Of a stretch of DNA of 64,000 nt, positions 1 through 12,894 are shown piece after piece. Origin of the DNA: Eledone cirrhosa (taxonomy: Eukaryota). Where the stretch lies: positions 205,158,001 through 205,222,000 of the forward strand of contig OZ024743.1 of assembly GCA_964016885.1 (NCBI GenBank), written 5' to 3'. Positions within the stretch are counted from its first letter, which is position 1, and every line of letters starts with the position of its first letter. Made by a program: the position numbers and the translations under genes. The notes beneath the pieces are model-generated. The model made no database searches, had not been told where the DNA came from, and saw nothing but the letters and a program-made list of their open reading frames with translations.

Positions 1-904
1 GTATAAAGGGCGACCACATCAAGACTGAAGGCATATCCGTTGTCCTTTCTGGTGTTGGGTGCCAAATGGTGTAGTCGCTTCAAGACCTCCTTTGAGCTGC
101 AGACGAGGGCTGGTAGTGTGTGTAGAATGGGTTTCAGTAGTGTGGAGAGCAGCCACGATATTTTGTAAAGTGGGCCCTCCACGCTAGAGACAATGGGCCT
201 GATTTTCAAATCGGGTCCTTGTTTATGGGTTTTCACCAGCTGGTAGAAGGTGGGTAGTTTGCTGTTTCTAGTCGTTATGTTATTTTTTACCTTCTTTGGC
301 AGTTGTCGTTGGACACAGATGTTAGTCCATATGGTGTTAATGCCTTCCTCGATTAGAGTCGAGGTGGTCCCTGTGACTTTCGAGTAGAGGCTGTCGTCAT
401 TAAGATGTTGGAGAGCTAAGTTGTTTTAGGTCTCTCTCGAGATGACACAGAATTCTTTCCCCTTGTCAGAGGGAAGGTAAACAAGGTTCATGGATCTTAG
501 GTTGGTGAGAGTGTTAAATTGTGCATTGGTGAGGTTGCGTTTATTGTGTGTGTGTGTGTGTTGGGAAAGGATGTTAGAGATAGAATGTTTCAACCTGAGT
601 AGTTTAGTGTCAAGTTCGTGGTTGGTGGGTGGGGGGTGGAGTGGGTTGTCGAGGTGGTACGTGGGGAGTGTGGGGTGGGTTGTGGGGTTGTAATCGATCT
701 CGGTGTTGTTTTGGATGGCGGTTAGCCATTTTAGTTGATACGCTGTCCGACAGAAGTTGGTTTCAATGTCGAGTTTCATTCTATCATCGAGACGCTGTGT
801 AATGATGAACTTGGGTCCGAGGCGCAGGAGTTCGAGTTCGCCGTTGGTGAGGGTACCGGTTAGGTCGGTAACGAGGTGTGACGCATCGTTGGTAGGTAGA
901 TCGC
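1..904 (-). mobile_element. Penelope-like element (PLE) reverse transcriptase fragment, 5'-truncated, runs off window
   Basis: Minus frame reads [83 protein letters not shown]. These are PLE RT N-terminal motifs (LGPKF, DKG, K-x-HK, RPIVS, SLDV..LY). One in-frame TAA at 426-428. 5' end abuts a (TA)n array. Confidence 0.9.
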
Positions 905-1686
<782 letters not shown>

Positions 1687-2097
1687 TCATCATCATCATC
1701 ATCATCAACGTTTAACGTCCGTGTTCCACGCTTGCATGGGTTTGGACGGGGGTAGTCCCACTTGAGGCAAGAGTGATTGTCTTGCTCGCATAGGACTGTC
1801 TGGCAGGTTTTCTACAGTTGGATGCCCTTCCTAACACCAACCACATTTACAGTGTGGGTCTGGGAGGTTTTTACCGTGTTGCCTACACGGCCACATTACA
1901 GCGTGGACTGTGTGTTTTTTTGTCGTGACACCTACACGATCTCATTTGTTTCGGCCTCGATGGCGCGGCACCAACATAACTTTACATAGAACGGGGTGGT
2001 GTGGATGGGGTGGGGGTGGTGGTGGTGGGACGGGGTGTATTTTGTTAGAGATGCCTACTGGCTGGAGTAGGTTTTACTATATATTTAGGTAAGGCGG
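1687..2097 (-). mobile_element. 3' UTR-only copy of RTE LINE family A with (GAT)n tail
   Basis: Reverse complement is nearly identical to 57630-58010 and similar to 52775-53292; embedded in (TA)n on both sides. Confidence 0.9.
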
Positions 2098-2859
<762 letters not shown>

Positions 2860-2897
2860 GTAAAGTTATATTTAAAATTGTTGGGTTACAACTAGTA

Positions 2898-3098
2898 GAT
2901 ATTTTGTAAAGTGGGCCCTCCACACTAGAGACAATGGGCCTGATTTTCAAATCGGGTCCTTGTTTATGGGTTTTCACCAGCTGGTAGAAGGTGGGTAGTT
3001 TGCTGTTTCTAGTCGTTATGTTATTTTTTACCTTCTTTGGCAGTTGTCGTTGGACACAGATGTTAGTCCATATGGTGTTAATGCCTTCCTCGATTAGA
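2898..3098 (-). mobile_element. 201-bp duplicate of the PLE RT segment at 157-357
   Basis: Matches 157-357 with one visible substitution; encodes [27 protein letters not shown]. Confidence 0.9.
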
Positions 3099-3100
3099 TA

Positions 3101-3566
3101 TATCATCATCATCATTTTACGTCCGCTTTTCCCTGCTTGCAAGGGTGGGACGGCAACTGATTCTGGCTTGATTTCTACAGCTGGATGCCCTTCCTAACAC
3201 CAACCTCATTTACAGTGAGTGCTGGGTGCTTTTTTGCCGTAGCACCTCCACGACCACTTTGCAATTTTTCGTGGCGCCTACACGTCCACTTTACAGTGTG
3301 GGCTGGGTGCTTTTTTGCCGTGGCACCTCCACGACCACCTTGCGGTGGGGGGGGGGGGGGGGGGGGGGCATATTGTTTATATGCTTCAGCATGTACCCAT
3401 GGGAGGTCGGGTACCCTGTATTACTGCGTGACGCCAGAAGTCACGGTCGTGTGTCATTGACTTTGAGAGGTGTAGTTGGGTAAGGTCGGCTTTTATCACC
3501 TCATCCCAAGTCATCTTGGGTCTCCCCACTCCGCGGTTTCCATCAACTTCTAGTGCTCTGCACCTT
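3101..3566 (-). mobile_element. RTE LINE (family C) 3' fragment with appended module region and family-B-type tail
   Basis: Encodes RCRALEVDGNRGVGRPKMTWDEVIKADL..DRDFWRHAV (RTE C-terminus). Followed by a C-run, modules, GGAAGGGCATCCAGCTGTAGAAA and CTTGCAAGCAGGGAAAAGCGGACGTAAAA(TGA)n. Confidence 0.85.
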
Positions 3567-3949
3567 TTTATATTTACATTTTTAGCTATACTTATTCGTT
3601 TATTTATTAGAAATCTCCTGGCGAGGAGGGGATCCACCAGGCTTCATGCCATATGCCTCTAGGGTGCTCCTACAACTCCATTAGGAAGTACAGGACCATA
3701 CTATACCATTATATATCTCATCACAATTGTTGATGAAATAGTATGATTGGTTAAAGGTTTCCAAACAATCAATCATTGGTTCAGTGTATTTCTAATGAAG
3801 ACACAGGTGAGAAATACTTTATAACACTAACATTCATTCAAACATGTTTATATCTTTTTTAACTGAGAGCTTTATATATAATTTCACAAATATACATCAG
3901 TGAGAGATATAAATAAACATACTTTATGTGTGTGTGTGAATATATATAT

Positions 3950-4159
3950 ATACACACTCACAGAAATAGAGAGACTCTACAGTGCTGAGACTGGACAGAC
4001 TACTAATCATGGGAGTACTCAATGCATGGGGAGATGTAGAGTGGGTATAGAGATATGTAAAATCCCAAGCAGTTTTGGCTTGTGTGTTCAGCAAGCTTTT
4101 TCAAAGGTGTAGTCTAAACTTGAAAAGGCTTGTTAAACACACAAGCCTAAACCGCTTGG
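3950..4159 (-). mobile_element. Degenerate fold-back element, putative PLE terminus (40-bp inverted arms 4065-4104/4120-4159)
   Basis: Arms match 35/40. On the minus strand they are followed by TACCCACTCTAC..CATTGAGTACTC and then (TA)n, the same layout as 63051-63242. Confidence 0.5.
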
Positions 4160-4364
4160 TGCATCTCCCCCCCCTCTCTCTGTATATGTGTGTGTATATA
4201 TATATATATAATACACACCTATATATAAAATTATATCTGTATACATACAAAGTGGGTAACTGAGACTGCACCAATGTGTATATAAATATACACGTATTTA
4301 ATATCTAGGCATGCAAACATGCCAGAAAATATGAATTTTCCTGTAAATAAAAAAAAAATGATAA

Positions 4365-4413
4365 ACACCTTTAATTGATTTTCAGACCTAATTGGTCCCT
4401 CATCAGAAGGCAT
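4365..4413 (-). ncRNA. Minimal type I hammerhead ribozyme-like motif
   Basis: Minus strand reads TGCCTT-CTGATGA-G-GGACC-AATTA-GGTCT-GAAA-ATCAATTA-AAGGTG. It has both core boxes, a 5-bp stem II, a short stem III, a UUA triplet and stem I TGCCTT/AAGGTG. Confidence 0.7.
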
Positions 4414-4643
4414 GTATAACATTCACACAACCACAAGGCAACATGTATTTGATGGGTATATATGCCTAATAGCTTTTAGTATTATTCTGAAATGGACATA
4501 CTAATTTGCATATAATTAGCGCTCGTGTTGTTATTTATTTAAGATATATATTAAGTGTGCTAACAGCTGAAGTATGCCATAAAGTTATATCTGTATAAAT
4601 ACAGAGTGTGTAAATGATACTGTACCGATGTGTATATAAATTT

Positions 4644-4644
<1 letters not shown>

Positions 4645-4699
<55 letters not shown>

Positions 4700-4722
4700 G
4701 TGTGTGTGTATGTATATATATA

Positions 4723-4757
<35 letters not shown>

Positions 4758-4808
4758 GTGTGTGTATATATATGTGTGTGTGTGTGTATATATATATGTG
4801 TGTGTGTG

Positions 4809-4855
<47 letters not shown>

Positions 4856-4952
4856 GTGTGTGTGTATATAAATATATATATATATGTGTGTGTGTGTATA
4901 TATATATATATGTGTGTGTGTGTGTATACACACACACACACACAAATATATA
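4645..4952. repeat. (TA)n/(TG)n compound microsatellite
   Basis: Directly visible. Confidence 0.97.
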
Positions 4953-5391
4953 TAATCTGCCAAGCAACAGAGTTGTATGGATTTACCTAAGAGCTAAACT
5001 CGTACTAAGGTATCAACTGATGACCATGTTATCATATCTACATAGTATAGTACCCTAACCCTACACCATATCATCATATCTACAATGTAGTACCTTAACC
5101 CTACACCATATCATCATATCTACAATGTAGTACCTTAACCCTACACCATGTAATCATATCTACAGTGTAGTACCCTAACCTACTGAAACTCTTTATACAA
5201 ACTATATTTCAGACTATAGCAGATTATTTAAAGAGATATTTAAATCTACTAAAACAAAACAATTCTTTTTTTTTTAAACTGGACAGATTCAAGACAGAGC
5301 ACACACAGAAAAAAATAAATATAAATATAAAACAATTAGAAAAAGGTGGTAAAAATTACAATTATAAATTTATTTTCATTTAATGACTCAC

Positions 5392-7133
5392 TTTTTCCAA
5401 TAATTCATCAGCCGCATCCAGTTCTTCTCGAATTTTGTGATCGTCATCATTGGTTATGTCATTTTTTTTATAAGACTCATTTTTGTCTGATCTTTTTTTT
5501 GATTTAGCTGCATCATTTGATTCCTCTAATTTTTCACTGTCTTCTTCTTCTTCTTCATCATCTTCTGCTGTTTCATCATCATCATCATCATCTACTATTT
5601 CAGCCTCTCGTGCTTCATCTGCCTCCCTTTGTGCCTCTTCTGCAGCTTTTCTTATTTCCTCTACTTTATTTGCTTCTTCTGCCTCTCTTTTCGCTTCCTC
5701 AGCAACTCTCGCAGCCTCCTCAGCTTCTGCTTTTTGGAGTTCTTCTGCTTCTCGGGCTTCCTCTGAAATTCTTCTTGCCTCCTCGGCTGCCTGTCTAGCT
5801 TCTTCAGCTCTTCTTCCCTCTTCTGCCTGTCGAGCCTCTTCTGCCTGTCGAGCCTCTTCTGCCTGTCGAGCCTCTTCTGCCTGTCGAGCCTCTTCTGCCT
5901 GTCGAGCCTCTTCTGCCTGTCGAGCCTCTTCAGCCTGTCGAGCCTCTTCAGCCTGTCGAACCTCTTCAGCCTGTCGAGCCTCTTCAAGCTGTCTAGCCTC
6001 TTCAGCCTGTCTAGCCTCTTCAGCCTGTCTAGCCTCTTCAGCCTGTCGAGCCTCTTCAGCCTGTCGAGCCTCTTCAAGCTGTCTAGCCTCTTCAGCTATC
6101 CTCGCCTCCTCAGCCAGTCGAGCTTCTTCTGCTGCTTTTCTAGCCTCTTCTTCTGCTTGTCGTGCCTCTTCTTCTTCTGCTTGTCGTGCTTCTTCTTCTT
6201 CTGCTTGTCGTGCCTCTTCTGCTGCCTGTCTGGCTTCCTCAGCTCTCCTGGCTTCTTCTGCCTGTCGGGCCTCTTCAGCTTTCTTTGCTTCTTCTGCCAG
6301 TCGAGTCTCTTCAACTTTCTTTGCTTCTTCTGCTTGTTGAGCCTCTTCTGCCAGTCGAGTCTCTTCAACTTTCTTTGCTTCTTCTGCTTGTTGAGCCTCT
6401 TCTGCCAGTCGAGCCTCTTCAACTATTTTTGCTTCTGCTTGTTGAGCCTCTTCTGCCAGTCGAGCCTCTTCTGCCAGTCGAGCATCTTTTGCCAGTCGGG
6501 CCGCTTCTTTTGTAGCCTCCTCAGCCTTTCTTGCCTCTTCTGCTTGTAGAGCTTCTTCTGCTTTTCTAGCTTCTTCTGCCAGTCGGGCCTCTTCAGCTTT
6601 TTTTGCTTCTTCTGCCAGTCGGGCCTCTTCAGCTTTCTTTGCTTCTTCTGCCAGTCGGGCCTCTTCAGCTTTCTTTGCTTCTTCTGCCAGCCGGGCCTCT
6701 TCTGCTTGTCGAGCCTCTTCAGCCAGTCGGGCCTCTTCTGCTTGTCGGGCTTCTTCAGCCTTTCTGGCCTCTTCTGCTGCCTTTTGAGCTTCCTCAGCCT
6801 TCTCAACCTCCTCTGTTGCCTTTTCAGCCTTTTCCGTTGGTGCTTCAGCAGTTTTTTGTGATTTAGTTTCTTTCAGCTTGTCATCAGTTGGAGAATCAGA
6901 TTCTTTTTCAACAGGAGGTGGCAGATTACCCTGTAACTCCCCTTCACCATCGTCAATAAAATCATTTTCTAAAGGGTAAGATTCTTTCACTTTTTCTTCT
7001 GGGGTATCTGTGTCTGGAGTATCACCTTGTTGAAAGAGGGACAAAACAGCTTCTCTAATACTTAGTACTGAATCTGTTGTAGCTTTACCAATATAGGGGT
7101 CTGAAACTGCTTTAGCTTTCTCGATATAGGGAT
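5392..7133 (-). CDS. ASPH: Large internal exon of a putative aspartyl/asparaginyl beta-hydroxylase (luminal acidic EEARQA-repeat region up to the pre-TPR segment)
   Basis: Polypyrimidine tract plus TTTCAG acceptor (phase 1) and AAA|GTGAGT donor (phase 0); 1742 nt open. Ends DITNDDDHKIREELDAADELLEK, recalling the ASPH segment ..DKTIKAELDAAEKL that precedes the TPR domain (family identity from memory). Confidence 0.78.
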
Positions 7134-7489
7134 CTGAAAGTAAATAAGGAAAGAAAGAAAGAAAAAAGAAATAAAAAAAAAACAAAGTGTTCCACAAACA
7201 AGATAAAATTTTAAAAAATTTATATTTGAAAATCTGACAGGCTTATGGAACACAAGACATAAATTATAACCAGTTATGTAGGAATTGGTTGCAATTGAGC
7301 GGTAAAGGCTGTAAAGAATTCTTATTCTATGGCAATTGGTAGAAATAGGACTAATTGTTACTATAGAAGATATGGCATAACATAGTATAACTAGTGTAAT
7401 ACTACACATAGTATATTACTACATATAGTACTGCACTGGATTGAACATAACACCACACAAACAGGACTCAATACTAGGCAACACATAGT

Positions 7490-8135
7490 ATTATACCACA
7501 CTATATAGGACACAATGCCACGCTATATAAAAGACAATACCACACTATATAGGACACAATGCCACGCTATATAAAAGACAATACCACACAATATAGGACA
7601 CAATTCCACACTATATAGGACACAATTCCACACTATATAGGACACAATTCCACACTATATAGGACACAATTCCACACTATATAGGACACAATTCCACTCT
7701 ATATAGGACACAATTCCACTCAATATAGGACACAATACCACACTATATAGAACACAATACCACACTATATAGAACACAATACCACACTATATAGGACACA
7801 AGTGAAGGCGCATAGCTTAGAGGTTAGAGCATTAGGCTTGCAATCGAAAGGTTGTGAGTTCAATTCTCAGACCAGGTGATGTGTTGTTTCCTTGAGCAAG
7901 ATACTTTATTTCACGTTGCTCCAGTTTACTCAGCTGAAAATGAGTACCAGCAATAGCTGGAAGTTTAACCCTGCGATGGACTGGCGTCCTGTCCAGAGAG
8001 GAGTCTTGTCTCTCAGTCGTTTCACGCCATGAAACCGGGATAAGGACCGGCCAAATGAGCCTTCTGGCTTAAGACATACTTTAGACTTAGATAGGACACA
8101 ATACCATACTATACAGAACACAATACCACACTATT
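7490..8135. repeat. 22-bp minisatellite (CCACACTATATAGGACACAATT/A) interrupted by a SINE
   Basis: About 14 units before and 2 after the SINE at 7802-8090. Confidence 0.9.
7802..8090 (+). mobile_element. tRNA-headed CORE-like SINE with (TTAGAC)n tail, full length, 11-bp TSD
   Basis: A-box TAGCTTAGAGG, B-box GTTCAATTC, CORE-like CCTTGAGCAAGATACTT. TSD ATAGGACACAA at 7791-7801 and 8091-8101. Related copies at about 11131-11380(+), 44240-44445(-), 45635-45790(-), 47074-47346(-). Confidence 0.88.
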
Positions 8136-8139
8136 AAGA

Positions 8140-9763
8140 GATATGACCACAAAAGGTTTATAGAGTCTATTTCATTAGAGATAGGATCACAAAAGGTTTA
8201 TAGAGTGTATTTCATTAGAGATAGGATCACAAAAGGTTTATAGAGTGTATTTCATTAGAGATAGGATCACAAAAGGTTTATAGAGTGTATTTCATTAGAG
8301 GTAGAGTCACAAAAGGTTTATAGAGTGTATTTCATTAGAAATAGAGTCACAAAAGGTTTATAGAGTGTATTTCATTAGAGATAGGATCACAAAAGGTTTA
8401 TAGAGTGTATTTCATTAGAGATAGGATCACAAAAGGTTTATAGAGTGTATTTCATTAGAGATAGGATCACAAAAGGTTTATAGAGTATATTTCATTAGAG
8501 GTAGAGTCACAAAAGGTTTATAGAGTGTATTTCATTAGAGATAGAGTCACAAAAGGTTTATAGAGTGTATTTCATTAGAGATAGAGTCACAAAAGGTTTA
8601 TAGAGTGTATTTCATTAGAGATAGAGTCACAAAAGGTTTATAGAGTGTATTTCATTAGAGATAGAGTCACAAAAGGTTTATAGAGTGTATTTCATTAGAG
8701 ATAGAGTCACAAAAGGTATAGGGAGTGTATTTCATTAGAGATAGAGTCACAAAAGGTATAGGGAATGTATTTCATTAGAGATAGAGTCACAAAAGGTATA
8801 GGGAATGTATTTCATTAGAGATAGAGTCACAAAAGGTTTATAGAGTGTATTTCATTAGAGATAAAGTCACAAAAGGTATAGGGAGTGTATTTCATTAGAA
8901 ATAGAGTCACAACAGGTTTATAGAGTGTATTTCATTAGAGATAGAGTCACAAAAGGTATAGGGAGTGTATTTCATTAGAGATAGAGTCACAAAAGGTTTA
9001 TAGAGTATATTTCATTAGAAATAGAGTCACAAAAGGTTTATAGAGTATATTTCATTAGAAATAGAGTCACAAAAGGTTTATAGAGTGTATTTCATTAGAG
9101 ATAGAGTCACAAAAGGTTTATAGAGTGTATTTCATTAGAGATAGAGTCACAAAAGGTATAGGGAGTGTATTTCATTAGAGATAGAGTCACAAAAGGTTTA
9201 TAGAGTATATTTCATGAGAGATAGAGTCACAAAAGGTTTATAGAGTGTATTTCATTAGAAATAGAGTCACAAAAGGTTTATAGAGTGTATTTCATTAGAG
9301 ATAGAGTCACAAAAGGTATAGGGAGTGTATTTCATTAGAGATAGAGTCACAAAAGGTATAGGGAATGTATTTCATTAGAGATAGAGTCACAAAAGGTATA
9401 GGGAATGTATTTCATTAGAGATAGAGTCACAAAAGGTTTATAGAGTGTATTTCATTAGAGATAAAGTCACAAAAGGTATAGGGAGTGTATTTCATTAGAA
9501 ATAGAGTCACAAAAGGTTTATAGAGTATATTTCATTAGAGGTAGAGTCACAAAAGGTTTATAGAGTGTATTTCATTAGAGATAGAGTCACAAAAGGTTTA
9601 TAGACTATATTTCATTAGAGAGAGAGAGTCACAAAAGGTTTATAGAGTATATTTCATTAGAGGTAGAGTCACAAAAGGTTTATAGAGTATATTTCATTAG
9701 AGATAGAGTCACAAAAGGTATATAGAGTGTATTTCATTAGAAATAGGGTCACAAAAAGTTTAA
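8140..9763. repeat. 40-bp minisatellite, about 40 copies (AGAGTGTATTTCATTAGAGATAGAGTCACAAAAGGTTTAT)
   Basis: Head-to-tail units without spacers. Confidence 0.97.
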
Positions 9764-10817
9764 TAATTCTGCTACTCCATTCTAAACTTACTTTCCTATA
9801 TTACCATCTTCTCATCCCCTCGCACATTCCTGTATCCACTTTCAATCAAATGATTTACCTATTCCACATACATAACCTCCCTACTTCCTTTTACCCTCTC
9901 TTTTATTCTGTCTCTATCCTTCCTTCTTTTATCTCTCTCTCTCGTTCTTTAAATGTTTGATAGATTTAACTCTTACACAAGCCATCAACTAACAGAAAAG
10001 CATTTTAGGATAGTTGTAGCTTCCACAGCCACGACAATGGCAACAGCCTATATACCAGTCACGGGCAAACAGTGACACATGAGCCACATGCGGCCCATTT
10101 GGCTTTCTGAATAGCATGCCTAATTTCAAAATTGCCTTTAAGTTTTTAGTAATGCAGCTCAACTTATGATGAGCCACATCCCATATGGCTCACTGCTTGA
10201 AAAAGGTTGCCCATGCCTGCTTTATACAGACCAGACAGTGGTGACACAGGAATGAGACCTCTGGTTATGCAGTAATACAGAAGATCCGACTTCCCACAAG
10301 CACAAGCCGAAGCTGAAGCATACAGACAGTATATATAGATATATAAACTGAACATCATTCACACGAATCTCACTGGCTGCATAAATTATGGACACTCCTC
10401 TGAATAAGCATTAGAAAAAAAAGGACAAAAAAACCTGAATGACAACGAAATTGTCAGTGGTATCTGCCAAGTCAATAGGTTATGTAATTCAATAATATTT
10501 AGGATCAATAAATTTGTGAGAAAACTGTTTTTCTCAAACCTTTTCTATTAAATCTTAACACCCTTATGATTTAGCAGCAAATATCTAAAAACAGATTTGT
10601 TAATCTAAATGTTTTATAGTATCTTTACTAATGGACAAATTGTGAAAAATTTGTAGTATTTGAGAGTAAAGACTAATATTTAATGTGATGCAGTCATAGT
10701 ACTGTTTTGTACCTTTCAAGAATGTCTTGCTAATGTGGTTTCATGTGATGCAATCATAGTGGTGTTTTGTATTTTTCAAAAATGTCTTGCTAATCTGGTT
10801 TCATGTGGTACAGGACA

Positions 10818-11033
10818 TTAACCTTTTAGCATTTAAACCGGCCATATCTAGCCAGAATTCTCTCACCCTTTTCTGTTCAAGCTAGCTGTAACCGGCTGCT
10901 CATACTGATGTTAAGGTATTGTTCTCAAAATAAATAATAACAAAATCTTGTAGCTTTGATAGTATGTGAGATAAAGCCTTTACCGCAAAAGTATAATAGT
11001 GAATATAGAGTAATGTAAATGCTAAAGGGTTAA
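10818..11033. mobile_element. TTAA-flanked MITE family 1 (piggyBac-like)
   Basis: TTAA-CCTTTTAGCATTTA...TAAATGCTAAAGGG-TTAA terminal inverted repeats; second copy at 33737-33966. Confidence 0.8.
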
Positions 11034-12894
11034 GAGCTAAGCACAAAAGGGTGAAATCTGTGAAATATTTATTGTTCCAACATAGGTAATCTTTGCCTTA
11101 AGTCAGACAACTATAGACAAGAAGAAAATTAGCCGCATAGCCTAATGGTTCAATTCCTGGTCAAGCTACTGTGTTGTGTTCTTGAGCAAAAGACTTTATT
11201 TCACATTGCTCCAGTACACTCAACTGAGAGTGAGTACCAACAGTATCTGGGAAGTTAATCCTGTGATAGACTTGCGTCCTATGCAAGAAGAGTCTTGTAC
11301 TCTCAGTCACCTGCTGCCAAGGAAATCAGCATAAGTACCAGCCTGATGAGCTTTTGGATTAAAACAGACTTTAGACTTTAACATAATTACACAGCTGGAA
11401 AATGTCTGTTTTGATTATAATGTACTCTGGTAATCAATGTGGTACAACACTACACCTGACAGGTGTACATTTGATAAGGAAGATGTTTAGTTAGATTGTT
11501 TGGAACCAAATATTCTACATGATGAACAACAAAGTCTCTAATGGTACCTAAATAATTCAGCTGCTATACTCTCATGCAGACCATCAACAAGGATAAACAT
11601 AGATGGGTTGGTTATGTCTCTCATTTTATAGACAACAATTCTTCTCAGGAAGAGACAAGCCCAACTCACTCCATTGCTGGAGAGCTTCACCCAATTCCCT
11701 GTTGGAACTAGTCCATTTTGGAGAGGAGAGGATGCTGCTCACCAGGGTGGAGCAAGCGTGTGTGGAGGAAAGGAAGCAGGGGAGAGAGAGGAGTGACCGA
11801 GTGGACACCAAGGCAGTGGAAAAGAACAAGAAGGTGGCTAAAGGCAAGATGGTGCAACAATCCAACCTAATACATCGTCCCCACATGCTCCAGTGTGGCC
11901 AGAGATAGGAAACAGAGGGGTTCCTCCAACGGAGTGAGAAGGCTCTGGATTTGGCTACTCTCATACATTATACCACATATAATGTAATCAATTATATATA
12001 TGTAAAATACTAAGTTTTACTGTTGAGATAATTTTGGGGGTTGAAACCAAGTAAAGTGACATCACACTGTATTCTCATGTACAAAGCAATAAAGACAAAA
12101 TAAGACATTGCTCCAACAAATATGACCAGGAATAATCATATATTATATTATAGGATAGAGAGAACTTTTCAGTTTAGTCAGTGATCAACAACCTCCCTAG
12201 TGCAAGTGCCATGATAAAACACTCTGTATTGTGGTTAGTGACAGCAGGAGCATCCAGCAGTAGAAATAACAAAAAACAAAACAAAACAAAAAAAAAAAAG
12301 GGTTGAGATGACTCTTCAGTTGTGTCAAGGGCACAACAACAATAAAACACACCAAGTTCATACACTCTGTAAAGTGGTTGATAGGGCATCCATTTGAACA
12401 ATGAACTGGAACACATACTGTTGAAACTGACAGAGATTCATTCACCTTTCTGTAAATTAGACTGAGATAAACAGAGTGGTTTCCCTTGGGAATCAACAGA
12501 ATAAGCAAAAAGCACAGTTTATAGATGACTGCAATTTGCTCTAATTACAGGATGTTAAGAGATGATATTGAACATTTTCACAAGGATCTCTCCGTTAGTA
12601 AATACTATAAAAAATTTTAATTAACAGATAAGTTTTAGATATTTAGGATGTTAAGAGTTAATAGTAAAGGTTTCTCTAAACCCATAAAAAGGTTTTTCCA
12701 ACACATTTGGTGATCCTGAATATCATAGAGTCTCTGGTTTCATAGTCAAACCTTACTAACACCTAAATACATTAACATCACACCAGAACATTACAATACT
12801 ACTGCAAAAATATTATCGTTTTCACTCAACATAAAACAGACAGACCAGAATAATGTTGAATGTCAACGACCGCTTTAAGTCTAAGCTTTATTAT

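Noticed and set aside
3790-3825. CTAATGAAG..GAAA hammerhead-like motif
   Set aside because: Core mismatch and no credible stems.
5483-6866. Plus-strand and alternative-frame ORFs over the EEA exon
   Set aside because: Shadows of the 18-nt coding repeat.
7802-7880. tRNA gene
   Set aside because: A/B boxes run into a SINE core with tail and TSD; no convincing cloverleaf.
11603-11964. GC-richer ORF pair as a possible alternative exon
   Set aside because: No clear splice sites; faintly resembles a decayed LINE C-terminus but cannot be assigned.
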